A stretch of DNA of 64,000 nucleotides from Nitrospira sp. (lineage in GTDB: Bacteria; Nitrospirota; Nitrospiria; Nitrospirales; Nitrospiraceae), in contig AP038806.1 of NCBI GenBank assembly GCA_047150005.1, positions 2,240,001-2,304,000 of the forward strand, written 5' to 3'. The position numbers and the translations under genes were made by a program. The notes beneath the pieces are model-generated. The model made no database searches and had not been told where the DNA came from. It saw nothing but the letters and a program-made list of their open reading frames with translations. Every line of letters begins with the position of its first letter. Position 1 is the stretch's first letter. This document shows positions 38,901 through 48,148 of the stretch, piece by piece.

Positions 38901-39788
38901 ATGATTCGGGAGCCGAGGCGATTAAAAGACGTCCTTGATCGCGGGGAGTTTGCCGTGACGGTCGAGTACAACCCTCCGAAGGGGACGAACGTCGTCGGCC
39001 TGCTGGACAACGCCAGACAGTTGGTCGGCCGAGTCCACGGTGTCAATGTGACCGACAACACAGCCGCGGTGGTCCGCGCCGGGTCGCTGCCGGTGTGTCG
39101 ATTGTTATATGAGCTGGGACACGATCCGGTGATGCAGTTGACCTGCCGAGACCGGAACCGAATTGCGATGCAATCGGACCTGATGGGCGCGCATCTGCTG
39201 GGCATCAGGAACGTGCTGTGCCTGACCGGCGACTATCCCACTGTCGGAGATCACAAGGAAGCCAAACCTGTCTATGATCTGGACTCGGTCCAGGTGATGC
39301 AATTGGTGCAGGGGCTCAACGACGGCCGCGACATGGCGGGTAACAAGCTTGACGGCGTCACGGCGTTTCAGGTCGGCGCCGCTGTCACGCCCGAAGCCGA
39401 TCCGTTGGGACCGATGCTCGCCAAATTCGAGGTCAAGGTCAAAGCTGGCGCGGGATTCTTTCAAACGCAGGCCATCTACCATCCGGAACAATTTGCAAGC
39501 TTCATGACAGCGGTTCGTCCGTTCAAGGTAAAGGTACTCGCCGGTATTCTGGTGTTGCGGAACGCCAAGATGGCCGAGTTCATGAACGCGCATATTCCCG
39601 GCGTGTCCGTTCCGCAAGCGATGATCGATGAGTTGCGGGCCGCTGGTGACAAATCGGAGGACGCCGGCGTGGACATCGCCATCCGGACCATCGCGGCGGT
39701 CCGGTCCCACTGTGACGGAGTCCATATCATGGCCATCAAAGCGATACACCGGCTCGGAGAAATCCTCACCAAGGCGGGCATCGGATGA
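38901..39788 (+). CDS. metF: Methylenetetrahydrofolate reductase
   Basis: EYNPPKG, NVTDN, QLTCRDRN, LTGD, KVKAGAGFFQTQ, GVHIM. Confidence 0.92.
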   Translation: MIREPRRLKDVLDRGEFAVTVEYNPPKGTNVVGLLDNARQLVGRVHGVNVTDNTAAVVRAGSLPVCRLLYELGHDPVMQLTCRDRNRIAMQSDLMGAHLLGIRNVLCLTGDYPTVGDHKEAKPVYDLDSVQVMQLVQGLNDGRDMAGNKLDGVTAFQVGAAVTPEADPLGPMLAKFEVKVKAGAGFFQTQAIYHPEQFASFMTAVRPFKVKVLAGILVLRNAKMAEFMNAHIPGVSVPQAMIDELRAAGDKSEDAGVDIAIRTIAAVRSHCDGVHIMAIKAIHRLGEILTKAGIG

Positions 39789-40573
39789 TGAAAATCCCCG
39801 ATCTTCGGCGGTACAAGCAAGGCAAACGACTCATCGTCGTAACGGCCTACGATGCCTTGTTTGCCCGTATCGTCGAACAAGCCGGCATCGAGACGATCCT
39901 GGTCGGCGACTCACTGGGTGTCGTCGTGCAAGGCAAAGCCAATACCCTGTCCGTTTCAATGGACGAAATGCTGTACCACACGAAACTGGTCGCCGGGGCG
40001 GTGCAACAGGCCCTGGTGATCGGAGACATGCCCTTCATGTCCTATCAGGCCAGCCGGGAGGAGGCTCTGCGCAATGCGGGACGGTTTCTGCAGGTCGGTG
40101 CGCATGCGGTAAAACTTGAGGGGGGGGCGGCCGTTGTGGACCGGGTGCACGACATGACACAGGCGGGAATTCCGGTGGTCGGACATCTGGGGATGACCCC
40201 GCAGTCCGTCAATCAGTACGGCGGATACAAGGTGCAAGGAAAGGATGCGGCTCAGGCGAGGACGATGGGGCAGGACGCCAAGGCACTCGAAGCCGCGGGC
40301 GCCGTGGCTGTGGTGTTGGAGGCCGTGCCGGCGGACCTCGCCAAGTCGATCACGGATGAACTTACCATCCCGACGATCGGTATCGGCGCGGGACCTCATT
40401 GCGACGGCCAAGTTCTGGTGCTGTACGATCTGCTGGGGCTGTTCGACGACTTCGTTCCGAAGTTCGTCAAGCCGTACGCCCGCCTCAGGGCCGACGCGCT
40501 CCAGGCCCTGCGCCGTTACAAGGAAGAAGTGGAGCAAGGGAAGTTCCCTTCGGACTCTGAAAGCTACCATTAG
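39785..40573 (+). CDS. panB: 3-methyl-2-oxobutanoate hydroxymethyltransferase
   Basis: TAYD, LVGDSLG, KLEGG, GHLGMTPQ, IGIGAG..DGQVLV. Confidence 0.97.
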   Translation: MMKIPDLRRYKQGKRLIVVTAYDALFARIVEQAGIETILVGDSLGVVVQGKANTLSVSMDEMLYHTKLVAGAVQQALVIGDMPFMSYQASREEALRNAGRFLQVGAHAVKLEGGAAVVDRVHDMTQAGIPVVGHLGMTPQSVNQYGGYKVQGKDAAQARTMGQDAKALEAAGAVAVVLEAVPADLAKSITDELTIPTIGIGAGPHCDGQVLVLYDLLGLFDDFVPKFVKPYARLRADALQALRRYKEEVEQGKFPSDSESYH

Positions 40574-40638
40574 GATCGTAGGCCGTCCCGCCGCGCTCGC
40601 ACCTATCCAGCCGATCGGGGCTGGCAGGAGATGGGTTC

Positions 40639-41415
40639 ATGGAATGGATCGAGTGGGTCTTCACTCGAGAGTTTCGACAGTTCCTCCTGGCTCACGACCT
40701 CGTTTTTCCCCTTCTTTTTCTGGTCCGACTGATCGGCGTGACCGCTCTTGAACTGATCAGGCCGGCGAGAAAGGTCGAATACGGTCGAGTCATGCTCTAC
40801 GACTTCACCGTTTTTCTCGTCTATCAGTTCATCGTCTTTCCCGTCGCGGGATACATCGATCAGTGGATTGCGGTTCGTCCACATCTGCCGGACGCCATCC
40901 TGAATCTGCCGCTGCCGCTGCGCGTCACGGCCTACTTCGTGGTCGCGGATTTCGGTCACTATTGGATCCATCGCTTGATGCATACGGCTCCTGTCTGGCG
41001 CATCCACAAGTGGCACCACACGCCGACGTACATGTACTGGCTCGCCGGTATCCGGGCGACCATCCCGCAGCAGGTGATCGTGAATCTTCCGTACATCTTC
41101 GCCTATGCTTTCCTTGATCTCTCGCCCTGGTGGATGTACCTGGCGATCGGGATGTTCAACGCCCTTCAGAACGACTGGATGCACATGAACGTCGGGTGGA
41201 GATTCAAGTGGCTGGAATGGCTGATCGTGACACCGCGTTACCATCACATCCATCACAGTAATCGTCCCGAACATTACACAGCGAATCTCGCCGCCCTCTT
41301 TACCGTCTGGGATCGATTGTTCGGGACCTATGTCGATCCTGACGAGGTTTCGGAGCCCTTGTCGTTCGGGATCGGAGAAAAAGTGCCTCTCGCCCGTCTT
41401 GCGTTGGGCGTGTGA
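40639..41415 (+). CDS. Sterol desaturase/fatty acid hydroxylase family membrane protein
   Basis: His boxes HRLMH, HKWHH, HHIHH; WDRLFGT. Confidence 0.9.
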   Translation: MEWIEWVFTREFRQFLLAHDLVFPLLFLVRLIGVTALELIRPARKVEYGRVMLYDFTVFLVYQFIVFPVAGYIDQWIAVRPHLPDAILNLPLPLRVTAYFVVADFGHYWIHRLMHTAPVWRIHKWHHTPTYMYWLAGIRATIPQQVIVNLPYIFAYAFLDLSPWWMYLAIGMFNALQNDWMHMNVGWRFKWLEWLIVTPRYHHIHHSNRPEHYTANLAALFTVWDRLFGTYVDPDEVSEPLSFGIGEKVPLARLALGV

Positions 41416-41434
41416 GAAGTGGGACGGCGGCAGG

Positions 41435-42244
41435 CTATCGTCTCGGACGCGGACCTTCGACCTGGAACACGGCGCGGTCCTCGAATCTGACCGCGGTCAG
41501 ATATCGGCCCCACACACATCCACTGTCGATTGCCAGATGATTGGGCTCGAGTTGCAGCCCCAAGGCGGCCCAGTGGCCGGTGACGATCGTGGTGTCCGTG
41601 CTCCGACGTCCCGGCACGCGAAACCAGGGTAAATAGCCGGGAGGAACATCCTGTGGAGCGCCGGAAAACCCGGTCATCTCGCCGGCCGGCGTACAGCTTC
41701 GAATTCGTGTCATTGCTCGTGCCACACTGGCTCGCCGCATCCGCCCCGTCAGCGACGGATGCCAGGATGGAAGCGAGGGATGAAAGAAGTCGCGGAGAAA
41801 TTCCCGATAGTCCGGCCCTGCCAACGCGCCGTCCACTTCGCCTGCCAGTTGGACCGCCTCCGCGGCCGTCCACTGCGGGAGCAGTCCGGCATGGACCATG
41901 AGTACGGACTCGTCGTGGATCAGAAGTGGACGGCCGCGCAGCCAGTCGATCAGCTCCGAACGGTCGTCGGCTTTGAGGACGTCATCGATGGTGTCTTTAG
42001 GACGCAAGGTCACGATGCCTTCCGCTGCGGCCAGCAGAAAGAGATCGTGGTTGCCCAATACGACGGACGCCGCTGCGCCGAGATTCTTGATCAGACGCAG
42101 GACCCCCAATGAATCCGCCCCGCGATTGACGAGATCTCCGACGAACCACAGGCGGTCCCGCGTCGGATTGAAGCCGATTCGGTCGACCAACTGGGAAAGT
42201 TGGGCCCGACAACCCTGCACATCTCCGATTGCGTAGGTAGCCAT
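41435..42244 (-). CDS. apaH: Symmetrical bis(5'-nucleosyl)-tetraphosphatase
   Basis: MATYAIGDVQGC, GDLVNRG, LGNHD, GHWAALG, DSGCVWG. Confidence 0.95.
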   Translation of the reverse strand: MATYAIGDVQGCRAQLSQLVDRIGFNPTRDRLWFVGDLVNRGADSLGVLRLIKNLGAAASVVLGNHDLFLLAAAEGIVTLRPKDTIDDVLKADDRSELIDWLRGRPLLIHDESVLMVHAGLLPQWTAAEAVQLAGEVDGALAGPDYREFLRDFFHPSLPSWHPSLTGRMRRASVARAMTRIRSCTPAGEMTGFSGAPQDVPPGYLPWFRVPGRRSTDTTIVTGHWAALGLQLEPNHLAIDSGCVWGRYLTAVRFEDRAVFQVEGPRPRR

Positions 42245-42383
42245 CAGCCGAGAAGTCGTTCGGTGCGATGATCAGCGGTCATGTTGGGATTTCTTGAGTG
42301 CGCCGTTGAGCAGACTGAGTGTCGTGAAGAGGTCGAGCGAACCAGGACCCATGTGGGGCGATCATGGAGCTGACCGCCTACCC

Positions 42384-42788
42384 TCAAGGATAGCGGGCTT
42401 CGATGACGCTCCGCAGCCCTCCGCGCGCGGTAAAGGTGCCGGTCACCTTCGCCCATACGGGCCGGCAGGCCCTTGTGACGTCCTGGAGCACGCGGTTGAC
42501 GGCGTTTTCATAGAAGATTCCGAGGTTGCGATAGGCGTGAATGTACATCTTCAGGGACTTGAGCTCCAGACATTCTTTGTCCGGCATGTAGTGTATTGTG
42601 ATCGTACCGAAATCCGGCAGCTCCGTTTTGGGACAAATTGCCGTGTACTCGGGAATCTCGATCGTGATCTCGTATCCCTTATACTGGTTGGGAAACGTTT
42701 CGATATCCGGCAAGGGGGCTGTGATACCGCTTCTGGCGTGCCGATCGTTGTAACCCAGGCGCGTGGTCTTGGTTGCTCTCTTACGCAC
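42384..42788 (-). CDS. queF: preQ0 reductase (7-cyano-7-deazaguanine reductase)
   Basis: EYTAICPKTELPDF, ELKSLKMY, ARGG. Confidence 0.95.
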   Translation of the reverse strand: MRKRATKTTRLGYNDRHARSGITAPLPDIETFPNQYKGYEITIEIPEYTAICPKTELPDFGTITIHYMPDKECLELKSLKMYIHAYRNLGIFYENAVNRVLQDVTRACRPVWAKVTGTFTARGGLRSVIEARYP

Positions 42789-42833
42789 TCTTTCCCCTTC
42801 CCGGCTTTTGTCGTGTATCTAGCAACATCGCTC

Positions 42834-42903
42834 GCATCTCGTGAAGCATATCTCGTGTCGGCTCTCGGCGGACGCTTCACGCTTCACAAGGACCGCTTCA
42901 CGG
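42834..42903. repeat. Inverted heptamer-repeat element, family A (CGTGAAG/CGTATCT)
   Basis: GCATCT-CGTGAAG-CATATCT-CGTG ... CGCTTCA-CGCTTCA-CAAGGAC-CGCTTCA-CG. Confidence 0.7.
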
Positions 42904-42906
42904 TCT

Positions 42907-43155
42907 TCACAGCTGTTTCATCCACTCGGTTTGGCCGATCTTTTCCAGTTCGATAAACAACGAAACCCAGGGGCATTTCATGTCGGGATACACCTCGCAG
43001 AGACCGCCTTTGCGTACGCCACCGCAGGGACCATGACTCATGAATTTTGGACACTCGGCCTTGAGTGAATTATCGGGAATGGGTGGGCGTTTATGGACTC
43101 CTCCCACATGCTGGGCTCCCTCATCCTCTCCGGGGATCATGACGCGCTTGTTCAT
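42907..43155 (-). CDS. Small MTHFR C-terminal (MetV-like) Cys-rich domain protein
   Basis: CPKFMSHGPCGG..CEV..CPW motif. Confidence 0.75.
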   Translation of the reverse strand: MNKRVMIPGEDEGAQHVGGVHKRPPIPDNSLKAECPKFMSHGPCGGVRKGGLCEVYPDMKCPWVSLFIELEKIGQTEWMKQL

Positions 43156-43407
43156 TATGTTCCTAGTGTAGACAGATTCCACCGAATCGGCAATGTCTGG
43201 TTATGGTTGGAGCCAGATAGAACATACTGGCGCGTGCCGCGGTTTTCCGCAAGCGGAGAATGGGGTTAGGGCGAATGGCCTATCGAAAGATCTGTTGCTA
43301 GGCCTTCTTTCGGCAATGGTGGGCCTTCTGAGAAGTTGCGTTGATTATCAGGAAGTTATAGACTTTGAACCAATGGCGCCCGTTCAGTATGGAAGTCACA
43401 TTAGCCG

Positions 43408-43437
43408 TTGACAGTCTTTTTTCGGCTTTGCTACGAT
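43408..43437 (+). promoter_or_regulatory. sigma70-type promoter of the oxidoreductase operon
   Basis: TTGACA-N18-TACGAT with extended TG; IHF-like TATCAGGAAGTTA at 43346-43358. Confidence 0.65.
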
Positions 43438-43572
43438 GATCGGACTCTTGAAAGTCTGTGGAAGTATCAACGCGGTTCTTCCAGCCTCGATTTCCTGCAG
43501 GTTTGTTGCGCACAATCATAGCTGTTCACCGGCCGGTCGATTGCCGGTGTCACGAGAGAGGGAGGTGTCCCG

Positions 43573-44475
43573 ATGAGTCTTGATTATGTGAAGTTCTCCA
43601 ATGGGTTTGAAAAGTTCATGCCGAAAGAATATCGGGACATGGTCGAGCACGGTCCCTTCGGAAAGAAGATCTCCGTCTCTCAGATGGGGAGCTTCAAAGA
43701 AGTCCTCGAAGAACATCCGATGTGCGCAGGTTGCGCAATGACCCTCTTCATCCGTCTCGCCATGATCGCATTCCCCAATCCCGAGGACACCATTACGGTC
43801 GGCACCGCCGGTTGCGGTCGTCTGGCTATTTCCCAGGCCGCCATCCCCTTCGTCTACGGCAATTACGGTGATCAGAATGGCGTCGCGAGCGGTTTGTCCC
43901 GTGGGCTCCGTCTCCGGTTCGGTGACAAACCCAAGGATGTGGTGGTGATGGCCGGTGACGGCGGTACAGCCGACATCGGGTTCCAGCAGGTTCTCCATTC
44001 CTGGTTCCGAAAGGAGCGGTTCACGACGATCATGTTGGACAATGAAGTCTACGGCAACACCGGCGGTCAGGAGAGCGGTATGACCAACCGCGGCGCCGTG
44101 TTGAAGATGGCTCCGCTCGGCAAGAAGTTCGAAAAGATGGACATGGTGCAGATGGCCAAGGTCGCCGGGTGCGCTTATGTCGCGACGGTGGTGCCGAACA
44201 ATCCGCGCCGCGTCGAAAGCGTCATCAAGAAAGCCGTGCTGATTGCTCGCGAAGTAGGATCGACCTATATCCAAGCCTACACGTCCTGCAACATCGAATA
44301 TGCGATTCCTACCGACAAGGTCATGGAGGACGCGAAGACGGTTGAAAACGATCGGTATGCATTTTCGGAGTACATCAGCGACGAAGCCAAACAGTATTTG
44401 ACCGAGCGCTATGGCTACAAGGAGTTTCTCCCTAAGCCGGCTGCTCCTGCCGGGGCGATTCCGGGCAAGGCCTAA
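43573..44475 (+). CDS. forB: 2-oxoacid (probably 2-oxoglutarate):ferredoxin oxidoreductase beta subunit
   Basis: CAGC, GDGG TPP motif, DNEVYGNTGGQ. Confidence 0.85.
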   Translation: MSLDYVKFSNGFEKFMPKEYRDMVEHGPFGKKISVSQMGSFKEVLEEHPMCAGCAMTLFIRLAMIAFPNPEDTITVGTAGCGRLAISQAAIPFVYGNYGDQNGVASGLSRGLRLRFGDKPKDVVVMAGDGGTADIGFQQVLHSWFRKERFTTIMLDNEVYGNTGGQESGMTNRGAVLKMAPLGKKFEKMDMVQMAKVAGCAYVATVVPNNPRRVESVIKKAVLIAREVGSTYIQAYTSCNIEYAIPTDKVMEDAKTVENDRYAFSEYISDEAKQYLTERYGYKEFLPKPAAPAGAIPGKA

Positions 44476-44499
44476 CACCCAGAGAAGGGAGACCGGACC

Positions 44500-45216
44500 A
44501 TGGCAAAACGATTCAACATTCGGATGGCGGGCGTCGGAGGCCAAGGAGTCGTGACGGGCTCTCATATCTTGAGTACGGCCGTCATCAATGCCGGAGGAGA
44601 AAGCACGATCGTTCCGTTTTACGGATCGGAAAAGCGGATGGCGCCGGTCGAAAGCTACGTTCGAGTGTCGGATGAAGCCATCTATGAAATCGGCGAGATC
44701 ACGTTCCCGCACATCATCATCATTTTCCATCCGCAGGTGATTACCCACGGCAAGTCCTACACAATGCCGTTCTATTTTGGGTTGAAGGAAGACGGAATCG
44801 CGTTGATCAACAATGACGGGCCGATGAAACTCCACAAGGATCAGGCTCGGGAGTTGGAAGAGCGCCGCGCGAAGCTCTACTACTTCCCTGCGACGAAGAC
44901 CTCGTTGGAGGTCGCCGGTATGGATCTGGCGACGAACATGGCGCTGATGGGTTGCATCGGGGCGATTACCGGGCTCACCAACATGGCGGGTCTTGAGCAG
45001 GCCGTGAAGGATCGCTTCCTGGGTAAAGGTTTTGTGGTGTCGGGAGGAACGGCTGCGTTGGACAGTGTCGTGGAGCGAAAATTCAAGAAGAAGCAGGAGT
45101 TAATCGAAAAGAACGTTGCAGTCATGCGGGCGGGATGGAATTATGCCGTCGATCACGGTTGGGCCGCTCCAGCAATCAAGCGTGCGGAAGAACAGGTCGC
45201 GGCTGCCAACGCCTAA
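44500..45216 (+). CDS. forC: 2-oxoacid:ferredoxin oxidoreductase gamma subunit
   Basis: AGVGGQGVVT and YGSEKR motifs. Confidence 0.85.
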   Translation: MAKRFNIRMAGVGGQGVVTGSHILSTAVINAGGESTIVPFYGSEKRMAPVESYVRVSDEAIYEIGEITFPHIIIIFHPQVITHGKSYTMPFYFGLKEDGIALINNDGPMKLHKDQARELEERRAKLYYFPATKTSLEVAGMDLATNMALMGCIGAITGLTNMAGLEQAVKDRFLGKGFVVSGGTAALDSVVERKFKKKQELIEKNVAVMRAGWNYAVDHGWAAPAIKRAEEQVAAANA

Positions 45217-45225
45217 AGGAGCACC

Positions 45226-45549
45226 ATGTATCTTGTAGCCGATATTAGCGTCGAGATTTGTGCCGCGAAGAGCTGCAAGCTGTGCACACAGTATTGCCCG
45301 GAAGCCAACACGATTCTGTACAGCGATGAGATGGGCAAGGACAAGGGTTTCAAGTACGGATCGGCCTATGTGGCAGTGGACCGGTGCAAGGGCTGCGCGC
45401 AATGCGTATGGGTCTGCGACAATATGGCGAAGAACAACGCTATCAAGATGATCATGATCGACCAATTGCCGAAAGCCGCCTTGACCGACAACATCACCTA
45501 CGGTGAAAAGAGCACCACCGCGGTCTTGGCGAGCCCCGTAGTCGGGTAA
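45226..45549 (+). CDS. forE: 2-oxoacid:ferredoxin oxidoreductase ferredoxin-like (epsilon) subunit
   Basis: C-x4-CxxCxxxCP and CxxCxxCxxxC clusters. Confidence 0.75.
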   Translation: MYLVADISVEICAAKSCKLCTQYCPEANTILYSDEMGKDKGFKYGSAYVAVDRCKGCAQCVWVCDNMAKNNAIKMIMIDQLPKAALTDNITYGEKSTTAVLASPVVG

Positions 45550-45571
45550 GCACCAGAAAGGGGAGTTGGGC

Positions 45572-46336
45572 GTGGCAACGACACCAGACACGAGAGAAAA
45601 GATCATTGTTCCGGGTCCGGCCGGGTTTCATCCTCCTTCTGCGGCGCAGCTGGGCGTGGCGCTGCCTGATCCCGGTCAGGGGCTCTATTACGGGCTGCTG
45701 GAGCCGAACGAGGAGAAGGTCATCGAAGAGATGGCGCGGAAGATGTTGACCAGCCCGAACGCCACGATCTTTCCCGGTCCTTTGCTGCTTTGGGCCTGGA
45801 ATGATCACGCAGTGGAAAAGGCCACGGCCACGTTGGAGATCGCCGCGCAGATTCCCGAAGTCATGATCATCCCGATGCCGGATTATCGCCCGAAGTATCC
45901 GAAAATCGATCCTGAAGAGGTCATTAACCCCAACCATCCCAACCTGACGATCTGGGGCAACAAAATCGAGGCATGTATTTTCATCGGCGTCCATTGCCAC
46001 TATGCGAATCTCACGCTCAAGATGATCCGGGCGGGGACCAATTGCTGCACCATGGCCATTTGTGCCGAGCAAGGCCACGAGGATGCCATGCTGACGATCC
46101 GCGACTCCGATACGGCGAAGATCAAGCGAGTCGCGCAAATTTTCAAAAAAGTCCGCGAAGAAATGGGCATCAAGCTGCCGGCAAGCGGAGAAAATGTCCG
46201 CTTTACGGGCACGCAATCGAAAGTGCACGGCGGAAAGACCCATACGAATCCGACGACCTTCGCTCCGTCACCAGACGGGACGGGCAGCGCTGCCATGTTC
46301 GGTCATTCCGCGGACCACATGAAGCGAGAAGGGTAG
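45572..46336 (+). CDS. forD: Fifth (delta) subunit of five-subunit 2-oxoacid:ferredoxin oxidoreductase
   Basis: Inside the operon; MPDYRPKYPKIDPE..NPNHP and GVHCH motifs typical of the Aquificae/Nitrospira-type enzyme; GTG start. Confidence 0.75.
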   Translation: MATTPDTREKIIVPGPAGFHPPSAAQLGVALPDPGQGLYYGLLEPNEEKVIEEMARKMLTSPNATIFPGPLLLWAWNDHAVEKATATLEIAAQIPEVMIIPMPDYRPKYPKIDPEEVINPNHPNLTIWGNKIEACIFIGVHCHYANLTLKMIRAGTNCCTMAICAEQGHEDAMLTIRDSDTAKIKRVAQIFKKVREEMGIKLPASGENVRFTGTQSKVHGGKTHTNPTTFAPSPDGTGSAAMFGHSADHMKREG

Positions 46337-46379
46337 CTGTAGCTGAGCGAATCGGCTCATCACTTAAAGAGGTGTGACC

Positions 46380-47723
46380 ATGAGTGAAGCGTTGGAAGCC
46401 CAGCAAAAGACCAACCCACAGGGTGATCCGATCACCAGCGTGGCGGCTCCGAAGTCCGACGGGAAGAAGGACCCTCATGCCGAAGCGAAGCGGCAGAAGG
46501 TCGTGACGCCGGAATACATGTTTCACGAGGCCCCGAGGACCAAGGAATTTATTACCGGAAGCGAAGCGGCCAAGGAGGCGATCCGCCGTTCGAATGTCGA
46601 TCTGGCCATTGCCTATCCGATCACCCCGCAGAGCGAAACGATGCAGCTGGTCGGGGTGCTCTACGGCGAAGGATACGTCAAGGAATACTATCGCGGCGAA
46701 GAGGAAGTCGGTGTGATGGCCGCGATTGCGGGTGGATCGCGATCGGGTGTCCGGTGCTACACCGCCACCGCAGGCCCCGGCACCTTGCGCGGCCTCGAAG
46801 GCATCGCATCCTGGCCGGGCCACCGGCTCCCGGTGGTCGCCATGTTCACGTGCCGTGTCGTCAACGCTCCGTTGGCTATTCAGCCGGACAACATCGAGGT
46901 GTCCTACTTGCTGAATTGCGGCATGATCGTCTTTCATGCCGAGAACCAGCAGGACATGTTCGACTTTACTATGGCCGGGTTCACCATCAGCGAAAAGAAC
47001 GATGTGACGCTGCCGGTCGGCGTGTGCTGCGACGGCTTTTTCGTCACACACGCCCGTGGGTACGTGCGCATGCAGGACCGAGGGATCAAGCTTCCGCCTC
47101 GCGAAGCCTGGCGCGGTGCCGTACCTGTGCTTGATGCGGAGAATCCTCCCGCGCGCCTGTCCCGCGATGCCCCGGTTCAGAAGTCGAATTTCATGGCCTA
47201 CAACATCCACGCCGTATGGCAGCAGGAAGTCTGGGCGGCAGTGGAACGTTCGCGTAAGTACATCAACAAGTATATGGGGGGATTGCTGAGCGCCGAGAAC
47301 GTGGATGGTGCCGATGCGATCATCATCGCCTCGGGCAGTGCTGCGGCTCAGTCTCGTGAGGCGGTGCGCCTCTGCAAAGAAAAAGGTTTGAACGTTGGGC
47401 TCATCAAAGTCCGCTCGCTCCGGCCGTTCCCGACGAAGGAACTCCGGGAGCTCTGCGGAAAAGCCAAGCTGATCGTCGTGCCGGAATTCAACTACGTCGG
47501 CTGGTTGGCGAAAGAAGTCGCGACCGCGATCTATGGATTCTCCAAGGCGAAGATCATCGGTGGCCCGCGCGTATACGGTGGTCAGTCGATGCCGGTGGAG
47601 TTGATCGTGGACGAAGTCGAGTCTGGCCTGACCGGCAAGAAATCCACCAACGTGGCGATGTCGCAGATCATGGGTGGCGCCGTCAGTCCCGACGAAGTTG
47701 CCCACTTCATGCGCAGCATCTGA
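46380..47723 (+). CDS. forA: 2-oxoacid:ferredoxin oxidoreductase alpha subunit
   Basis: YPITPQ, TATAGPG, DGFFVTH, LRPFP. Confidence 0.85.
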   Translation: MSEALEAQQKTNPQGDPITSVAAPKSDGKKDPHAEAKRQKVVTPEYMFHEAPRTKEFITGSEAAKEAIRRSNVDLAIAYPITPQSETMQLVGVLYGEGYVKEYYRGEEEVGVMAAIAGGSRSGVRCYTATAGPGTLRGLEGIASWPGHRLPVVAMFTCRVVNAPLAIQPDNIEVSYLLNCGMIVFHAENQQDMFDFTMAGFTISEKNDVTLPVGVCCDGFFVTHARGYVRMQDRGIKLPPREAWRGAVPVLDAENPPARLSRDAPVQKSNFMAYNIHAVWQQEVWAAVERSRKYINKYMGGLLSAENVDGADAIIIASGSAAAQSREAVRLCKEKGLNVGLIKVRSLRPFPTKELRELCGKAKLIVVPEFNYVGWLAKEVATAIYGFSKAKIIGGPRVYGGQSMPVELIVDEVESGLTGKKSTNVAMSQIMGGAVSPDEVAHFMRSI

Positions 47724-47746
47724 CGGCGCACGGTCTGGTGAAACGT

Positions 47747-47780
47747 AAAGAGCCTGTCCGGGTTCCGGACAGGCTCTTTT
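47747..47780 (+). terminator. Rho-independent terminator of the for operon (probably bidirectional)
   Basis: AAAGAGCCTGTCCGG-GTT-CCGGACAGGCTCTTTT perfect stem. Confidence 0.9.
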
Positions 47781-47803
47781 AATTTCTCCGCGCGCCGAGT
47801 TCC

Positions 47804-47860
47804 TCGTCATTCGTGAAGCGTATCTCGTACGAACCACGCTTCACGAGATACGAGCGACGA
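47804..47860. repeat. Inverted heptamer-repeat element, family A
   Basis: CGTCATT-CGTGAAG-CGTATCT-CGT ... CGCTTCA-CGAGATA-CGAGCGA-CGA. Confidence 0.75.
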
Positions 47861-47862
47861 AT

Positions 47863-48111
47863 CTACCCTTGGATCTCGTCCTCCACCATCTCCTCGCTAG
47901 AGGGCATTCCATAGGCGACGTATTTCGCATACGACAAATAGATCATGGCGCTGTCACGCATTGCTTTGGATCCTTGCGTCATGCGAACCACCTTATCGGA
48001 ACCGGGCGGTTCTATGTTTTGCAGCATCAGAGCATGGTCCTGCAGTAACTTGGTATACCGTTCGACCGCCAGTTCTACCTCTTTATAAGCCTTGAGGATT
48101 TCGTCAGTCAT
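47863..48111 (-). CDS. Hypothetical protein (82 aa, helical)
   Basis: ORF from MTDEILKAY with GAGGGGAGG SD. Confidence 0.7.
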   Translation of the reverse strand: MTDEILKAYKEVELAVERYTKLLQDHALMLQNIEPPGSDKVVRMTQGSKAMRDSAMIYLSYAKYVAYGMPSSEEMVEDEIQG

Positions 48112-48148
48112 AGTTGTCCTCCCTCGCGCCCTGAGCATACACTAGGCC

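Noticed and set aside
42789..42906. preQ1 riboswitch upstream of queF
   Set aside because: No preQ1 stem or A-rich tail consensus; the gap is occupied by a heptamer repeat element.
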